Assembly (NCBI GenBank): GCA_001938485.1
Contig: MQRK01248872.1
Span: forward strand, 1 to 64,000
Source of the DNA: Girardia tigrina
Lineage: Eukaryota
Length of the DNA: 64,000 nucleotides
Direction of reading: 5' to 3'
The position numbers and the translations under genes were made by a program. The notes under the pieces were generated by a model. It was not told the DNA's origin, made no database searches, and saw only the letters and a list, made by a program, of their open reading frames with translations. Positions 15,301 through 30,500 of the stretch are shown in pieces; the first letter of the stretch is position 1, and the number at the start of each line of letters is the position of its first letter.

Positions 15301-18300
15301 TTTTTAAAAATCTGAATCCGCGTTGCAAGGGATTTTATAATTATTTAGTATTAATAATTATAAATCCTTAATTTAAAAACCGTTATCTCATAGTGATATC
15401 GATTAATTTCTTTAATTATAGTAGTTTCTTTAATAGCAGTCAAATACTGTTATTATTACGTAATATCCTTTACGATAATTATTATTTATGTGTATTAATT
15501 ATATTTGAAAAACACCAACCAAAGACTATTAGTGGATATAGTCTGGTTAAACTAATAACAAGAGGGACCGAAAAAATATGATAATAAGTTCATTTAATAT
15601 ATGATAAAAAATAACAAATATAATTACTAGATCATCAAGGAGGAAGAGGTTAACAAGATATGATCACAAAAAGTTGACAGATTTGGTTCAACAAATAAGA
15701 TTGCTTACGTCCATACTTCCGAACAAAGTACACAATCAGTCAAAAATAATAAAAAGATCTTCTGCTTATAAAATTTATGAACTCCGGATCCGAAACAGAT
15801 AACGCTAATTGGTTTGGGATTGGGATCACTCGGACAGAAGAACGTATTAATCAATTTACCATGTATTTTCATGAAACGAGAAACCAATGCTCGATTTTGC
15901 AAGATTAAGTCACGAAGGAAAAAGATTTTTTGTAAGACAAGAATAAACGATAGTAATTAAATTCCTTATTTAATTTTTTAATTTTTTAATTTATGAATTA
16001 ACTATTGCAATGTTTCTGATCAATAACGCCATAAATAATTAAAAATAATAATTTAATAATAATAATAATGATTATTTCTTCTCCCTGAATCAACCATACA
16101 GGAGGAGGTAACTCTTTGAGGGATATCCTTAAAGGGACTGGAATATGGAGAAGAAATCATCATAATAATATAAATAATAATAATTTTAGCATAATAATAT
16201 AATTGTTAAATGTACTAAAATATATTATACGAATTTCTGCAGATATACAATATTTATTTAACTTCATTCCATGAGTTAATTCAGCAAAGTCTTATACTTA
16301 TTCTACTTTTGTCTTTCGATCTACCAACCCAAATTATTATCTTTTTGTTGTCATTTAGTTTTTCTTTTGTTATAAGTTTATATGAATATTGTTTTATTTT
16401 TTACATTTAATATTGGTAGTTGGTTACAGAATTAAGTAGTGAATAAAGGAAGTTAAGTCTACACAATAAAGTGTAGCAATTACTAATATCCGCATTTTAT
16501 TATATATAATTTCGATTTGAATTACTTCAAAATGAAGAGTATGTTAAAGCAAAACCAATGAAACAAAAATTTTAATTAAATATAAATTATCGAATTTTCA
16601 CACATAAATACTCACAGATAAAACACATTAAAAAAGGAAAAAAAAGTCCCCAATTAATTAAAAAAGGCAAAATAAGTTTGTCCATTTCTAAAATCCCATG
16701 GGTTGATGAATGAGGGGACAAAAACTTTTTATATCAAAAATACGCAAGTAATACAAAGTTTATTTCCAAGTACTTTTATCGACCTCAACACAGTTTTTTC
16801 ATCATAAGACCATGTTGTGGAAAGTGATATAAAATCTCTTAGGAGGGGAATTGCTGGTCGCGGAGGTATTTCCTGATGTGTCAGATAATATTATCAACTC
16901 CGAATTGTGAGAAGGATTGGGAAGCTCTTTAAGCCAAAATCTCTGTTTGGTATCAAGTAAGATATATTCCCATTAACAACTCGTATAACAACTCGTTTTA
17001 ATGGACCACAATATACAATGTAAAGAATTGTGTATGGAAAATATAAAACAACATTACGATATTATAGGATGAGTATAATTATGCATCTACATGATACAAA
17101 AGATTACCAAATATTTATTAAATATAATATCATAAATATTTAAAATTTATTTCGAAATCACGAATCCCATTCGGAATGTATTTGGATGTTGTATATCGAT
17201 TACAATACCATGGACATAATGACACATTCATTGGAGAGACGTTCCGTCATTTCTGCAGCAGAATCCAAGAACAAGGTTAAAATGTGAGTGGAAGTAATAC
17301 TGCCGAGCAAAGAAAAGTTTGCAATTCAAACGCAAATATAAAAATAAATAATTTTAAAATACTGTGTGATCAGTTTCACAATTATTGTGAGAAACTCTTT
17401 GGGAGAGTGATCTTTGAAGAAATGTATATCAGATCTTTAGATTCTAAAAATAATGTTTAAACGAGTCTCTCGATAACATTATTGAGTATGTTTAGATGAC
17501 ATAATTATTCGTTGATTGTGTAATAGACGATTACATATACTACAGCTATGAAGCACTGATGGTCCATTGTGATATAATATTTGCAATTATATTTGATAAA
17601 ATATATAAAGCGTTATAATGGGATTATCATCGTCGCATTACCTCCTGAAAAGCTTAGGGTGTAATACCTTTGAAAGGCTGTGAGGACCCCATTGGAGAAA
17701 CAAATAGTCATCTCAAAACTGGATAAGAGAGCGAGTTGATCAAAGAAGGTTCATATATATATGAAACTCTAGGAATGAAAGCTATAACTTTCTGTGTTCG
17801 CTATTCAAAGTCTTCCAAATTTCTAGGTTTGATTGAGTAGATTTGCTCTTTAAAACAACTACAGAAAAAGTCTAGTTATGTTAAGTCAGGACTTCTGGCT
17901 AGTTATTTGAGCGAACCACGACGACCAATCCATCTTTCAGGAAATCTATTATTCAGCCATTCATAAACAGAGATTGGAGAGTTTTTTGAGAGCCATGTTG
18001 CTTTTTGAATTGAATTTTGTAGAAAACCTCAGGATCACTGGATATAGGTATCAGTTTTTCATGATAATTCTTGATCGTCTTTGCATCAATTTGAGCATAT
18101 TTTCCCTTAAAGATTCTACACAATCTTTCCACTTCAATAATAGATCTCCAAACTTTGTAACTTTCCGCAATCTGGACACGTTCCAGTGTTGTAAGACATC
18201 CAACCATTATACCAAGGTTTTTAAATTTCAAACGAATTAATTAAAACAAATTAACAAAACAGATGTAAAAAGAAAACGACAACATTTTTAACGTTGTCAT

Positions 18301-21300
18301 AGATTAAGTAAGATATACACAAAAGTTGAGAAATATACTACGATGTTTGAATTTAAATGTGTGTGTTTTAAACAAGGAAGTTATTTTTTAAAATTTATAT
18401 AATAATAATCTTAAAAATATCTAAAAATAATAGTTATTTAGTTATAGTTATTTATTTATTTAGTTATCTTTTATTTTGTAATAATTATACTTTTTTATTT
18501 ATAAAATAAATATATCAAAAACAACAAAAAAACGAAACTTTTTAAAGAAAACGAATATATTTATTTACCGTATATTTCAATTTTTGCCTTTGCCACCGGT
18601 AAATTGAATTTTTCGAATCCTTTATTGGTCGCGGAGCACCGTATAGATTTCCCATTTAAAAGCTGATTAACTTTGGCTTTTAAAGTACTGAAAGTGTCTC
18701 GCCTTTAAAAAAAAATAATGAATTAACATTAATGAAATATTGATTTTTTTTTCTTTTTTCTTGTTTTTTTTTCATTTATCAAAAATCTAGATTCTTAATC
18801 AACAAATATTTTTTAAACCTTTAAATGAAATTGTAGAAAAAAAATGTTTTTTTTAATAAATAATTTACTCTTGTTATACAAAATAAAAAAATATTTTTTT
18901 AAGTTATATTTTTTATATTGATTTAATTATTTTTTTATTTAATTAATTTATTTATTTATATTAAAAAGTGAACACCATTTTTCAAAATTTATTATAATTT
19001 GTATTCAATAATTTTTAAAATAAAATTTTTTTTAATATTATGATTTTTAAGGTTTTTGTACGTATAACTCATAAAATATATAATATATAATCGATAAATA
19101 TATTGTTCTATATTTGGTTTTTTTGAATATTATAGGGACATGGCTGAAACCCGATATTAAGTAAAATGATCAATTCCAACTTATTTTTTGTAATTACGTT
19201 TAACTTTTAGTGTAATATGTGAACTACGTGGAGGAGAAGAGCGAGACCTTTCTTATTTTTGTCCCAATCTAAATTTACGAAGTTATGGATATAAATAATT
19301 AGAACGGAACGACGGATTGTATCGTTTAACATGGTTATGATCGATCGCCGGATTTAAGCCGTTTAGTTAAATAATTCTTATGAAGGTTTACTTACAAGTT
19401 TCACTTCGCCAAATAATTTATGGATTTTTGTTTGAATTTAAAAATGTCAAAAAAATAAAAAAAATACAAAAAGTTAAAATTGATTTTTAAATTAAAAGAA
19501 ACAAAAATTAAATAATTAATTTAATACAAAAAATGTTTACATTAATAACAACTGATATATTTTAATAGGAAAATAATTATTGGGTTGACCAAAAAGTCAT
19601 TGCGTTTTTGAGTACCTCCTAATACAAAGCTTAAAAATATAAAATGATGTGATAAAATTTAAATTCAATTATATATTCTGAAACCTTAATTTTCAGACTA
19701 TGTTTATACAAAATATTACTTGATTTTGTTTTAATTTATTACTTTACCGTCAATTCGAAACGGAAAATCAAAATGAGCATATTCGTCATGTTTTGTTGCA
19801 TTATTTTCGCAAAGGGAAAACCGCTGTGCAAGCTCATAAGAAGATATGTTTTGTGTATGATAGTGACTCCTTAAAATTTCGACAGTGTCAATACTGGTTT
19901 TCTAAATTTCGTTCTGAAAAATGCACCACGCTCCAGTCGACCAGTTGAAGTTGATGGCGACAGAATAACAGCACTGATCAAATCTAATCCCCATATGACG
20001 ACAAGAGAAGTTGCAGAGACTCTGGAAATATCAAAATCAAGTGTTGGAAGTCATTTAAAGAAACTTGGATTCGTCAGTAAACTCGATATGTGGTTACCAC
20101 ATGAAATGAAAGAAATTCATTTGGTGAAACGTATAGATATTTGCGATTCCCTTTTAAAGCGAGAACAAAGTAATCCATTTATGAAGCGCTTGATTACGGG
20201 TTACGAAAAATGGATTGTTTACAACAATGTGGAACACCGACAATCATGGACAAAACGTGGTGAGCCTGCCAAAACGATCTCAAAAGCAGAAATTCACCAA
20301 AAGAAGGTTATGCTTTTTGTCTGGTGGGATTTTAAAGGAATTGTGTTTTTTGAACTCCTTCCGAGGAATGAAACCATCAATTCAGACAGATATTGTGGTC
20401 AGCTGGAGAAATTGGCTCATTCAATTCAACAGGAACGTCCTGAATTGGCAAATCGAAAAGGAGTTGTAATCCAGCATGATAACGCAAGACCGCATACAAG
20501 TTTGACTACTCACCAGAAAATCACTGGGTTGGGAGGTTTTGCCGCACCCACCGTATTCTCCAGACTTGGTCCCATCGGATTTTCACTTATTTAGATCACT
20601 GCAGAATTCCTTAAACAGAAAAAACATTCGCCAGGGATGATGACATAAAATCGTTCCTAGACGGCTTTTTTGCTGACAAAGTCAAAGGTTTTTATGAATC
20701 AGGAATAATGAAACTACCGGAAAGGTGGAAGAAAGTGATTGAAAATAATGGACAGTATATCGTGTAAAAATATTTGTGCATCATTGTCATTTTTTGATAA
20801 TAAATATTTTAGTAAAAAACGCAATGACTTTTTGACCAACCCAATAATAACAGTTTTAATAAGAATTTTAAAATAAATTACAAACGAATGAAAACTTATA
20901 TTTTTAAGAAATATATTTTTTTAAGTAAAATGCTTGTGATAAATTGAAATTAAATAAATGGATTTTGCGAAATGATTTAATTAACGAGAAATTTGTTTAT
21001 ATATGTGTAATACTGTCATTAATTAATTTTGTGTTAACTTTTGACATTGCAAACAGCGACAATGGCATAAACGTGACTGATAATTTGAAAAGTACAAAAT
21101 CGATGAATATTTTACCAAAATCATTAAGTAGCGTTGAAATGACCATTGCGTTTTGTTTTGTCCTCGAAAATCTTATACACTAATTTTAAGTTCGATAAAA
21201 GATTAGGAAGTGGTAAAAAATCGATGGCAGTATTCGAAGAAGGACAAACTGAGTGAACGTTTTATAAATAGGTTTTATTTTATATTTTTTTTCAAAAAAT

Positions 21301-24300
21301 CAAGATCTCTTTTGGTCTATTAATTTGTTTTACTGTTTTAATAGTAATGTAATTTTGACTTTTTTTCAACAGTAAAACAAGTTTTATTGAAAAATATTCA
21401 AATTTTATTCATTGAAACAGAATGGTGATTAATTTACGTCGATGTATTGAAAAGAATCTCTGTCAAATAATGACATTTTTTACTTCCATTGATATTATGG
21501 AAAACAAATGAGGAATTATTTAGTAAACAATTAATATAATTTCAAGAAATTTCTACAAATAAAATTACAAAAAAATATAATATAAGATATATTTTCAAAA
21601 CTTTTGTCCAATTAATTACTGTGATTAAAAAAATTGGTTTAAACGAAAGTTTTATCGGTAAGTTAACATTTATTAATAGCAAAATTTTTCAGTAACAAGA
21701 GTCGTTTTCATTAATGTTATCGTCATTACTTTGGATTATTCGTCTCCAACGAGGCTGCAACAAGAAAACTCCGCGGCGGTTAAACTCTGTCATTTTGAGA
21801 TATAGGCGTTTATCTTCAATGATGCGCATTCTGCGAGATCGAAAATAATGATAATCGAATGAGGAAACATCTTGGGTATATTGTTGATGCCTAAGAACAC
21901 ATCGACCCTATTTATCTAGGTTTTTGAAGCATCCAGTGTGAAACATGAGATCGGACGTTGTATTATTGAAGTCAACCACGAGCTGAACACAGTCCAATTC
22001 AATAGATTAAACCTCAGAAGTAATGGTTTAACCGCACGGATGGAGTTCCAAGTTAACAGGTACCGATTTCATCCACCAAACGCATTTTATACGTATCACT
22101 TTGAGGCGTCCGTTTTCTAAGTTGACCTGTACTCAACCATTGGTGTTTACGTTTCCGGTTATCATAGACAACCTATTTTACATCTTACGTCAAAGTCTGT
22201 TGCGATTCCTCACGGCTGAATTTGTGAAATATCTAAGAACGGTCGTTAATTCGCCGATTTTTCTGCATTTCGCTGAGTTAAAGACCTCTTGGCCACGTTT
22301 ATTTTCTGAATAATAGTTGTACGTGAATTCGTTTTCTTTTCTCACTTAAAGTCCGTTAAAATGTCTTATCATTTATTCATTTGTATACATTCCGAATTGT
22401 CTTCTTCATACAGTTACCCACATAAAGTTTTTTCATTTACTTTGACATGACATCCCCGGTATCCCGATACTTTAGGCAAGTTTTGAATAACCAAGTTTGT
22501 AAAATACTTCGCCCAAAACAACACGAGTACACTAAGAGGAATAATTCGTGCAAGTAAAAGGGAAATTGTTGGATTTGAGTTTTCCGGTAACGATGCTCGG
22601 ATAACAAGCGATCCGACAGTTGATCTAAACTTTCATGTAAATAATTTCGAGCAATTCTTATAATTTTTTAAAACTAATTTTTATATAACTGTTTAATTTT
22701 ATAAACCAACTTTCGTGGAAAAAAATTTGAAACTCAAATCTGTATGAAAATAGACTATCTTCAAATGTTCTTTTACAAAAGTAAAACATTTCCAAAAATC
22801 TTGAAGTTTTCTTCAACAAGAAAATGAAGTGACTTTGAAGAATCGTCACGCACTGATTTTTTTTATAATAATAAAAATAATCATTGAAATATTTTTAAAA
22901 TCAAAAAGTCGGTTTCGTTTCTCACAAAAATGGTACTCGGTGAGTTAAATGGGGTATGAATGGATATGATAGAGAATAGTGGAGTGTTCCGTCACGCTAT
23001 AAGAGATTGGAGAATATTCGGACTATTTCCTTCGTCTTAGTCCCAATGTTAACAATTTCTGAATTATCTTTACTTCTAAAAGATTTTTTGGATGCCAAAT
23101 AATTTCAAAAATATTTACGTTAACGAAACTTGAAAATAATTTTTTTCTTAAAGAATGGGAATATTACAGTCTTCTCCGACTAATCTAAACACCAAAAATG
23201 CACAAAAAACGTTCGGATTTGCCGATATTCGGTTAAGTAAGAAATCGAGTAATCCGAATAACTGTTCGAATTGACCTTTTGCATTTAAAAGGTAACTTCT
23301 TTCAACATAATCTCGACCCTATTTATTATTAATACTATTTATTTATAATAATTATTGAATTAGTTCATTGTAATTGGTATAAATGTCAAGGTATTCCAAT
23401 TTTTAAAGTGTTTAATTTAAATAGAGATACAAAAGATTATTAAAAAGAATATTAATGAGCACTTCAAAACTTCCTAAAATGAGTGAATGATCAAGATAAG
23501 AAATAAATGTGTGGCGAAATAAAGTCAAAAGAATGATCATCGAAGGATGTAGAGAAATTATAGAAAATGATATAAAAACTGTTTTAAAACGGATGAAAAT
23601 CTTAAACAAAAATAATATTAAAAAAATCAAAAATCTTTTTTAATAAAAGCGATTTTCAGATAAAAGTTTTCATTATTTTTCTAAACATATTTTTTAATTT
23701 TTCAAACATTAAATTAAAAATGTTTAATTAATACTGAAATGTATTTTAAAAACACAAAAATACTTTTCCAATAATTAAAAAAGAATTAAAAAGAATTTAA
23801 AACTGATTCTAAAAACTAATTTAAAAATTGTAATTATTTCTTTTGTATTTCGAAAAAAAATTAATTAATTAAATTAATTTTATAAGATTTTTATAAAAAA
23901 AATAGAGTTAACTTAAAATTTTCAAATAATTATAAAAATGAAGTTTTTTTAATTTATTTTTATTTATTTTTCAATTATTTTTTACAACATCAAAAATAAT
24001 AAAACAAACGATAGTAATAATAATAATATAATAAGAAGAAGAAGATGAATATTTAAAATAATAAAATAAATTATAAAAAATTGTAAATAATAATTTTTTT
24101 ATTTAATTAATTACTTACAACTTCGTTTCATTTTCGACTTTTCTTATTTCTTTAGTAATTGAACCACTTATTATTCCATTAAAATTTCCACTCTCGTCAG
24201 GGTTGATTGTGTCATTGTCAATCATCCACGTCAACGTCGCTCCTGGCCGACCTCTTTCAGCTTGACATCTAAGTACCATTAAATGACCATTGTCTACAAC

Positions 24301-24534
24301 AATTGGCGAATTTTCAAAACGTTGTTTTTCAGGTCCAGCTCCCTCATTCGTAATTTGGAAAATTTTCGGTGGTCCAGATGAAACTAAATTAATTTTGTTT
24401 TAATTAAGAAAAATTCATTTATTATTTTTTTATTCATTACAACGAAGTTTTCTTCTAGTTTTCATAATATATATATATATATATNNNNNNNNNNNNNNNN
24501 NNNNNNNNNNNNNNNNNNNNNNNNNNNNNNNNNN

Positions 24535-24567
<33 letters not shown>

Positions 24568-27500
24568 GCAATAATATAAGATTTATAAAATATAATATAT
24601 AATGAGATAATTAAATGTTGATTAATTTGAGATTTTCAGTAAATATTAATTTTCTTGCTATTTTATTCGATATTAATGCAAAATGTTTTATTTATTTTAA
24701 TTAAAGATTTTAAGAATTGACACGGCCTGACTTTATCGATTTTGAATATTAATTAATTGGTACTAGTTTCTGTATAACAGAAAACTTATTCCTTGAAAGA
24801 GACAAGATTCTATTTTTACAATGTAACCAATGTAACCTTAGTCCATCGACTTGATTGTGAATGCTCACTAATTCGGTTTTCGAGATGACTATACTCCAAT
24901 GAACAAGTATTTACACCAGTGACAATTCAAGCTATAAACGAGATTGGCTTGCAATCCACAAATCGTATTCGATTTATTTGAGAAAAATCTTTTGAAATTC
25001 GAATGTCATTGAAACCACTTTGACCAATAAATTATTAACTAAAAATGTAACTTTAATTAACATTTTATTATCTTACAAATTATAGTATAATTGCTGACGA
25101 TCGAATACGAAATTCCAAAACATGTACAATCGATTTCGTAAAAAAATGCTTTTAACAAAAATATTTTTCAAATATACATTCATGTATATATGTATATATA
25201 TATATATATATATACATAGTTTTAATTTATTAAAATTAATTAATATTATTATAGTCCATCTTCAATAACTTTTAAATTCCCGAATTATTTTTGAAATATA
25301 TGAGTAAAAATGTAAAATTCTAAAGAAGATAGTGGAGAAACTGTTTTGATATAAATTAAAGTGATAATACTGGGATTACAATTGAATTTATGACTTTAAT
25401 TCTCATCGGTGAGCATACCGTTCCTCGAGAGTAAAGTTACATGTTTGGACCAGGTGATCGCCCATGAACACTAATTAAAATAAAAAATATTAATACCAAA
25501 TATTAATTTTGAAAATAAATTGCAAATAGATAAAATAATTCAAATAATCATTTTATTTTATTAAATAAATAAAAAATAGTGACATTTTATTTTTGAACAC
25601 ATAATAACACCATGTTCAGAAAAAAATTATTATGACAAACAATTAATTTCGATGGTATAACCGTCGTTGCCAAGTCATAAAGAAATAATAAGCAAGCAGT
25701 GATTATATGTTCGGTGAATAATTGTGTCATCTAAACGCACTTTATATGGTCGATGACTCATTTACACATTAATCTTAGGATCTGAAGATCTGATATATAG
25801 TGCTTCACAGGCAACTCTCTCACGATAATTATTAACCTGAGCAGACAAGAAAAAAACCTTACTTTTTAAAATTATTAAAATTACTTTCGCACAAATATAA
25901 AATCGAAATGTATTTTGTAATAAATCTCTATTGTGTTCGGATCTCGTAAATCCATTTACATATAATTGATACAATGTCATATATATTGGAGAGACGTCTT
26001 GTCATGTTTGTAGAAGAATCCAAGAACATGGCTGTAATATGGGTGGAAATAATGTTAAAAAAACAAAGAAATGTTTTCTATTTGAAATGAAAAATGGAAT
26101 GTGAAGTATGAAAAATGGAATTATGTATCAGATCTTTAGATCCTAAGATTAATGCGCAAATAAGTTTCTTGACAAATTTATTGAGTGTTTTTAAATACCA
26201 AAATAACAATCACTTCTTGCATGTAAAAGTAGATTTAAAATTCATAATTTCTTTATGATCTGAATTTAACGGTTATACGTCGAAATTAATTGTCTTAGAT
26301 AGTATAAATATTCCTTTTTGTTTTCCATTCTTTGTACTTTTATTGACATAAAATTATGTATGCATCTTCAAATTACGTATTTATATATTACATCCAATAC
26401 CTTAGATATCTTAAAATTTTGTGAGAAAATGGGTGAGGTCGCAAGTTGGACATGGATACTTGCAACGTATAGGACACTTTTGAAAAACAAACATATTTTG
26501 TGGCTCTTTAGAACATGTAAAACGATATTTTGGGTTCTCTAAGGAGTCTAGATTGCCCACCCCTTCTCTAATATGTTTTTAATAATAAGAAATAAATAAA
26601 AAATAATTTTACCGAGAACTGTGACTAAAGCTTTATCGCTAACGATAGCATTATTGTTAACGGACGTTTGGCAGTTATAATCTCCTTCGTCGTACAGGTC
26701 CACGTTTGTGATTTGTAAGTCATAATAACCTGGAAAGAAAAAATAATAACGATCTAAATTCAATACAATTTTCTAATTGAATATTAAATTAATCGTCCAT
26801 ATTTGATGAATAAGAGATTGATACATTTTTCATCATGTAGTGATAATAAAATATTGTTTGAGAGAACGAAAGAGAGAGAGAGAGAGCGCGCGAGAAGAAG
26901 GAAAGAGAATATTTTTCAACATTAACATAGCAAAATGTACCAGTAAAAGTGACATACGAAATGCCTATTTTTTCAATAGATTTGGTAAACAAATTAATCG
27001 TTATGAAACACGAGGATAATTAAATGAACTCTTGATTGATATTTATCATAATTTCGTACGTAATAAAAACCGGAGATTGATAAACCGGAGAATGTAAAAA
27101 ACGCAACAAAACTTACGAAAACGTATTTGAACGATGTTTAGAGATTTTATTTATTTATTCTGAATGATTAATTTTTTTAAGTGGTCGTATTCAAAAGTCT
27201 CTTTCTGTATTAAGGTCAATTCATTAAGCTTGAAGTTTATAAAAAAAGAGATTGTAAGACTTATTTTGTTAATGAGACAGAAGATCGACAACAAATCAAA
27301 ACATACTAAATTTTAAGAATAGTTTGGTTTTATTATCAGTGGAAAGTCTTTAAAAAAGACACGGAAATTATTTTCTCATAAATAAATATTTGAAGTTTTT
27401 TTAAAAAGGCATATTATAACGGTTCAACCTTCAAATTGGAAAAAAATTTACTTAAGTATTTCTTAATTATTTGGTTATCAAATATGCAATTTGTAGGCAA

Positions 27501-30500
27501 ATTACAATAAATTAACAATATATTAATTTAACAATGATTTAACATTTTGTTATTCAAATTTTTTATCTTGGCTATTGAACACATCAATAAAATTAATAAA
27601 AATTATTGATAACTTGTTTTAATAATCAATATTTTAAAAAATGGAAAAGACAGAAAGTTGAACTATTATGAAGTACGAGTTCCTACGTGGAATCTCAGCA
27701 TTAAAAGCCATGCGAAACATCAATAGTGTATTTGGATACAATGTTTCTCTCGGAGTCGATAAGGAAGAAAAAGCATACAATGACGACATGAAGTTAACCG
27801 TGCAGTCGAATCCATCATACAGTGCTCATGATTTATCACTAACACTTGATGTTACAAAGAAAACAATATTGAATCACTTGACTCAAATTGGTGAGATGAA
27901 AAGGTTGGGTAAGTGGATTCTACATGAGTTGAATGAAAATCAGAAACAAAAGTTTTTGGATGCTTGCTGAATGATGATTTCTTGCTATAAATGGGACCAC
28001 CTTCTGAATCGAATCGTCACTTGCGATGAAAGGTTTACCCAATATGATAATTGCAAACGTTCAGCAAGTTGGGTGCACACGAATGAAACACCAAAGCACA
28101 GTCCAGAGTACAACATATATCAAAAGAAGTTGATAGTGAGTATGAAGTGGTCTGGCGCAGTTGAAATCCATTATGACTGGATGAAACCCGTATCATCCTC
28201 CATACTTACCAGACCTAGCCTAAACTGACTACCATTTCTTCCTTAATATAACAACTATTAGTTTATCTACTTCAAATTCAATTCTGAAGATACCTTAAAA
28301 TGACATTTAGGAGTTTATAGATTCTCGCCCACCAAATTTTTATTCTAATTGCCTCAACGAGCTGGCAAATGGCAAATGTGTGTTGATAATATGGTTGCAT
28401 ACTTAGATGAATGGTATAAATACTTGTTGATAAATTATGAAGAAACTTTGACTTTAGTTCTACAAATTTCATGTTTCATGATCTAATAAAAAATAAATAA
28501 AAGCAACATAAAAGTAAACAGTTTGTAATATAGACATTTTCAAGAATATTAGTATGTTCAATTCAATTATATAAAGAATAAATAATTAATTAATTTTAAT
28601 TAACATATAAAATTTTATGGATAATTAAAATTTCAATATTAACAAACAATTTTATAAAAACAGTTAAATAATATTTAATTATTATATACGTCAATGAACG
28701 TTACTTTTCTGGTTGACCCTTCCGAATTCTAAAGATATTTTTTTTAAATTCTGTGTTTAGTGAAGTGATAAAAAGTAATTTATGGAACCAAAATGAATAT
28801 GATCCTTCCAAATTGTTTGTTATGGGAATAATAATACTATATATTCTTTTTGATAAACTCACTAATTATCTGGTGAACCCCGTAAATTTAAAGTTAAAGA
28901 CCTTATTATTAAAAAACATCAAAAATCTATGAAACTATTGATACTTCATGCCCACAATTACCTTTTATTCAGTTTGATTCATATGGAATTTATATATTTA
29001 TTTTTTAATGTCATACTCGTCCCTCTTTCGCAATGTGTTATACGTTATAATTGAAATCAAGACAAATCAGCGGGAATCTTTTCCTGCTAAGTGAAATGAC
29101 GACTTGTTGATTTAAAAATGTTTAGATTAATGCGAGACTATCTTAAATACATTCAACATTTAACGGAGCCTTTCATAGGAACCATTAAATATTCGTTTGT
29201 AAAATATAATGAAGTTGGTTAAAGGTGTATAAGTAAGGAAACTTATCTACTGATATGTAAATATATAAATAAAAATAAATAATCACACAAAATAATCATC
29301 TTTTAGGAAATATAATATGAGATAAATAAAACAGTTTGGTTTAACTACAACGGAAGGAAGTAAAAGAAGATCAAATAAACAATTTATCAAGATTTTAAAT
29401 AGCAGGAAATGGATATCGAGAAGTAGACCAAACTACTTCGCTGTTAGAGTTTTAAAAGATGTAAACCTGAAAACAAATATTCCTTTGAAATAAAAGAAGA
29501 ACTAAAATTAGTCATTTGAAGAAATCGGAAATATTTCATATAAATATAAATAAAATAGATCGTAAAACACACGTTAAAAATACAAATTATTAATACTTAA
29601 TTTAGTTTAAAACTGAAATTTTATTAATTCTCTTATTTTGAAGAACTATTTCGAAGGATATCACATTTAAATAGCATTAATAATAAGTTAATTAAAAATT
29701 CATCTCGTCAAATAATTTATTTAGAAAAATCCAATTTAATATTATAATTTCAAAAACTAAAAAATAAAATAATGAATATGAAAGAAATATTGATTTTTGT
29801 TAACAAAAAAGTGAGAAATGAAAATACAAATGATGAAAGTTTTAAAGGAAAAGGATATCTTAGGATATTTTAATATTCATATGTGATTTCATTAATAAAA
29901 ATGTTGACAATCATGACTTCAAGTTATAATATTGAAAACAATCGAAATGCAACAAATGTAAAAAAACAATGGCAATTTATACTATTGATTAAAAAATGAA
30001 CGCCATTTTTCAAAATTTATTTTTGGTTTTTTAATGAATTTCGGAGGATTACCCGCCATCTAAAGACTATAAGCATTAGCTTTTTGCAGCTTATATATGA
30101 TAATAGTGATTATGTAATCAATTATGTCGTAAATTCTCTATTTGAAAATGTTAAACAGAGAAGTTAAACTTGAATATTAATTTTTGGATCCATGGATCTT
30201 ATTAATAAGGCCTCACACGTTACTCTCTCCCAGTAATTTTTAAATCGATTACACAGAATTTGAAAATCATTTGAACATGATAGAGCCTATATTACATAAT
30301 TGATTATATAATCGCCATACTCATACATAAAAAAAGCTAATGTTAATTTACTCTTAAGATGGCGGGTAACCAGCCGAAATTAATTACTAAACCAAAAATA
30401 AATTTTGAAAAATGGCGTTCATTTTTTAAACGCAACAAACATTATTAAAAATATATTTTTTTCTGTTTAAACCTGTTTTGATGTTTATCTTGAATCGACG

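Noticed and set aside
25093-25115. CTGACGA...GAAA hammerhead-like string
   Set aside because: No adequate stem II, no stem I complement and no PLE context.
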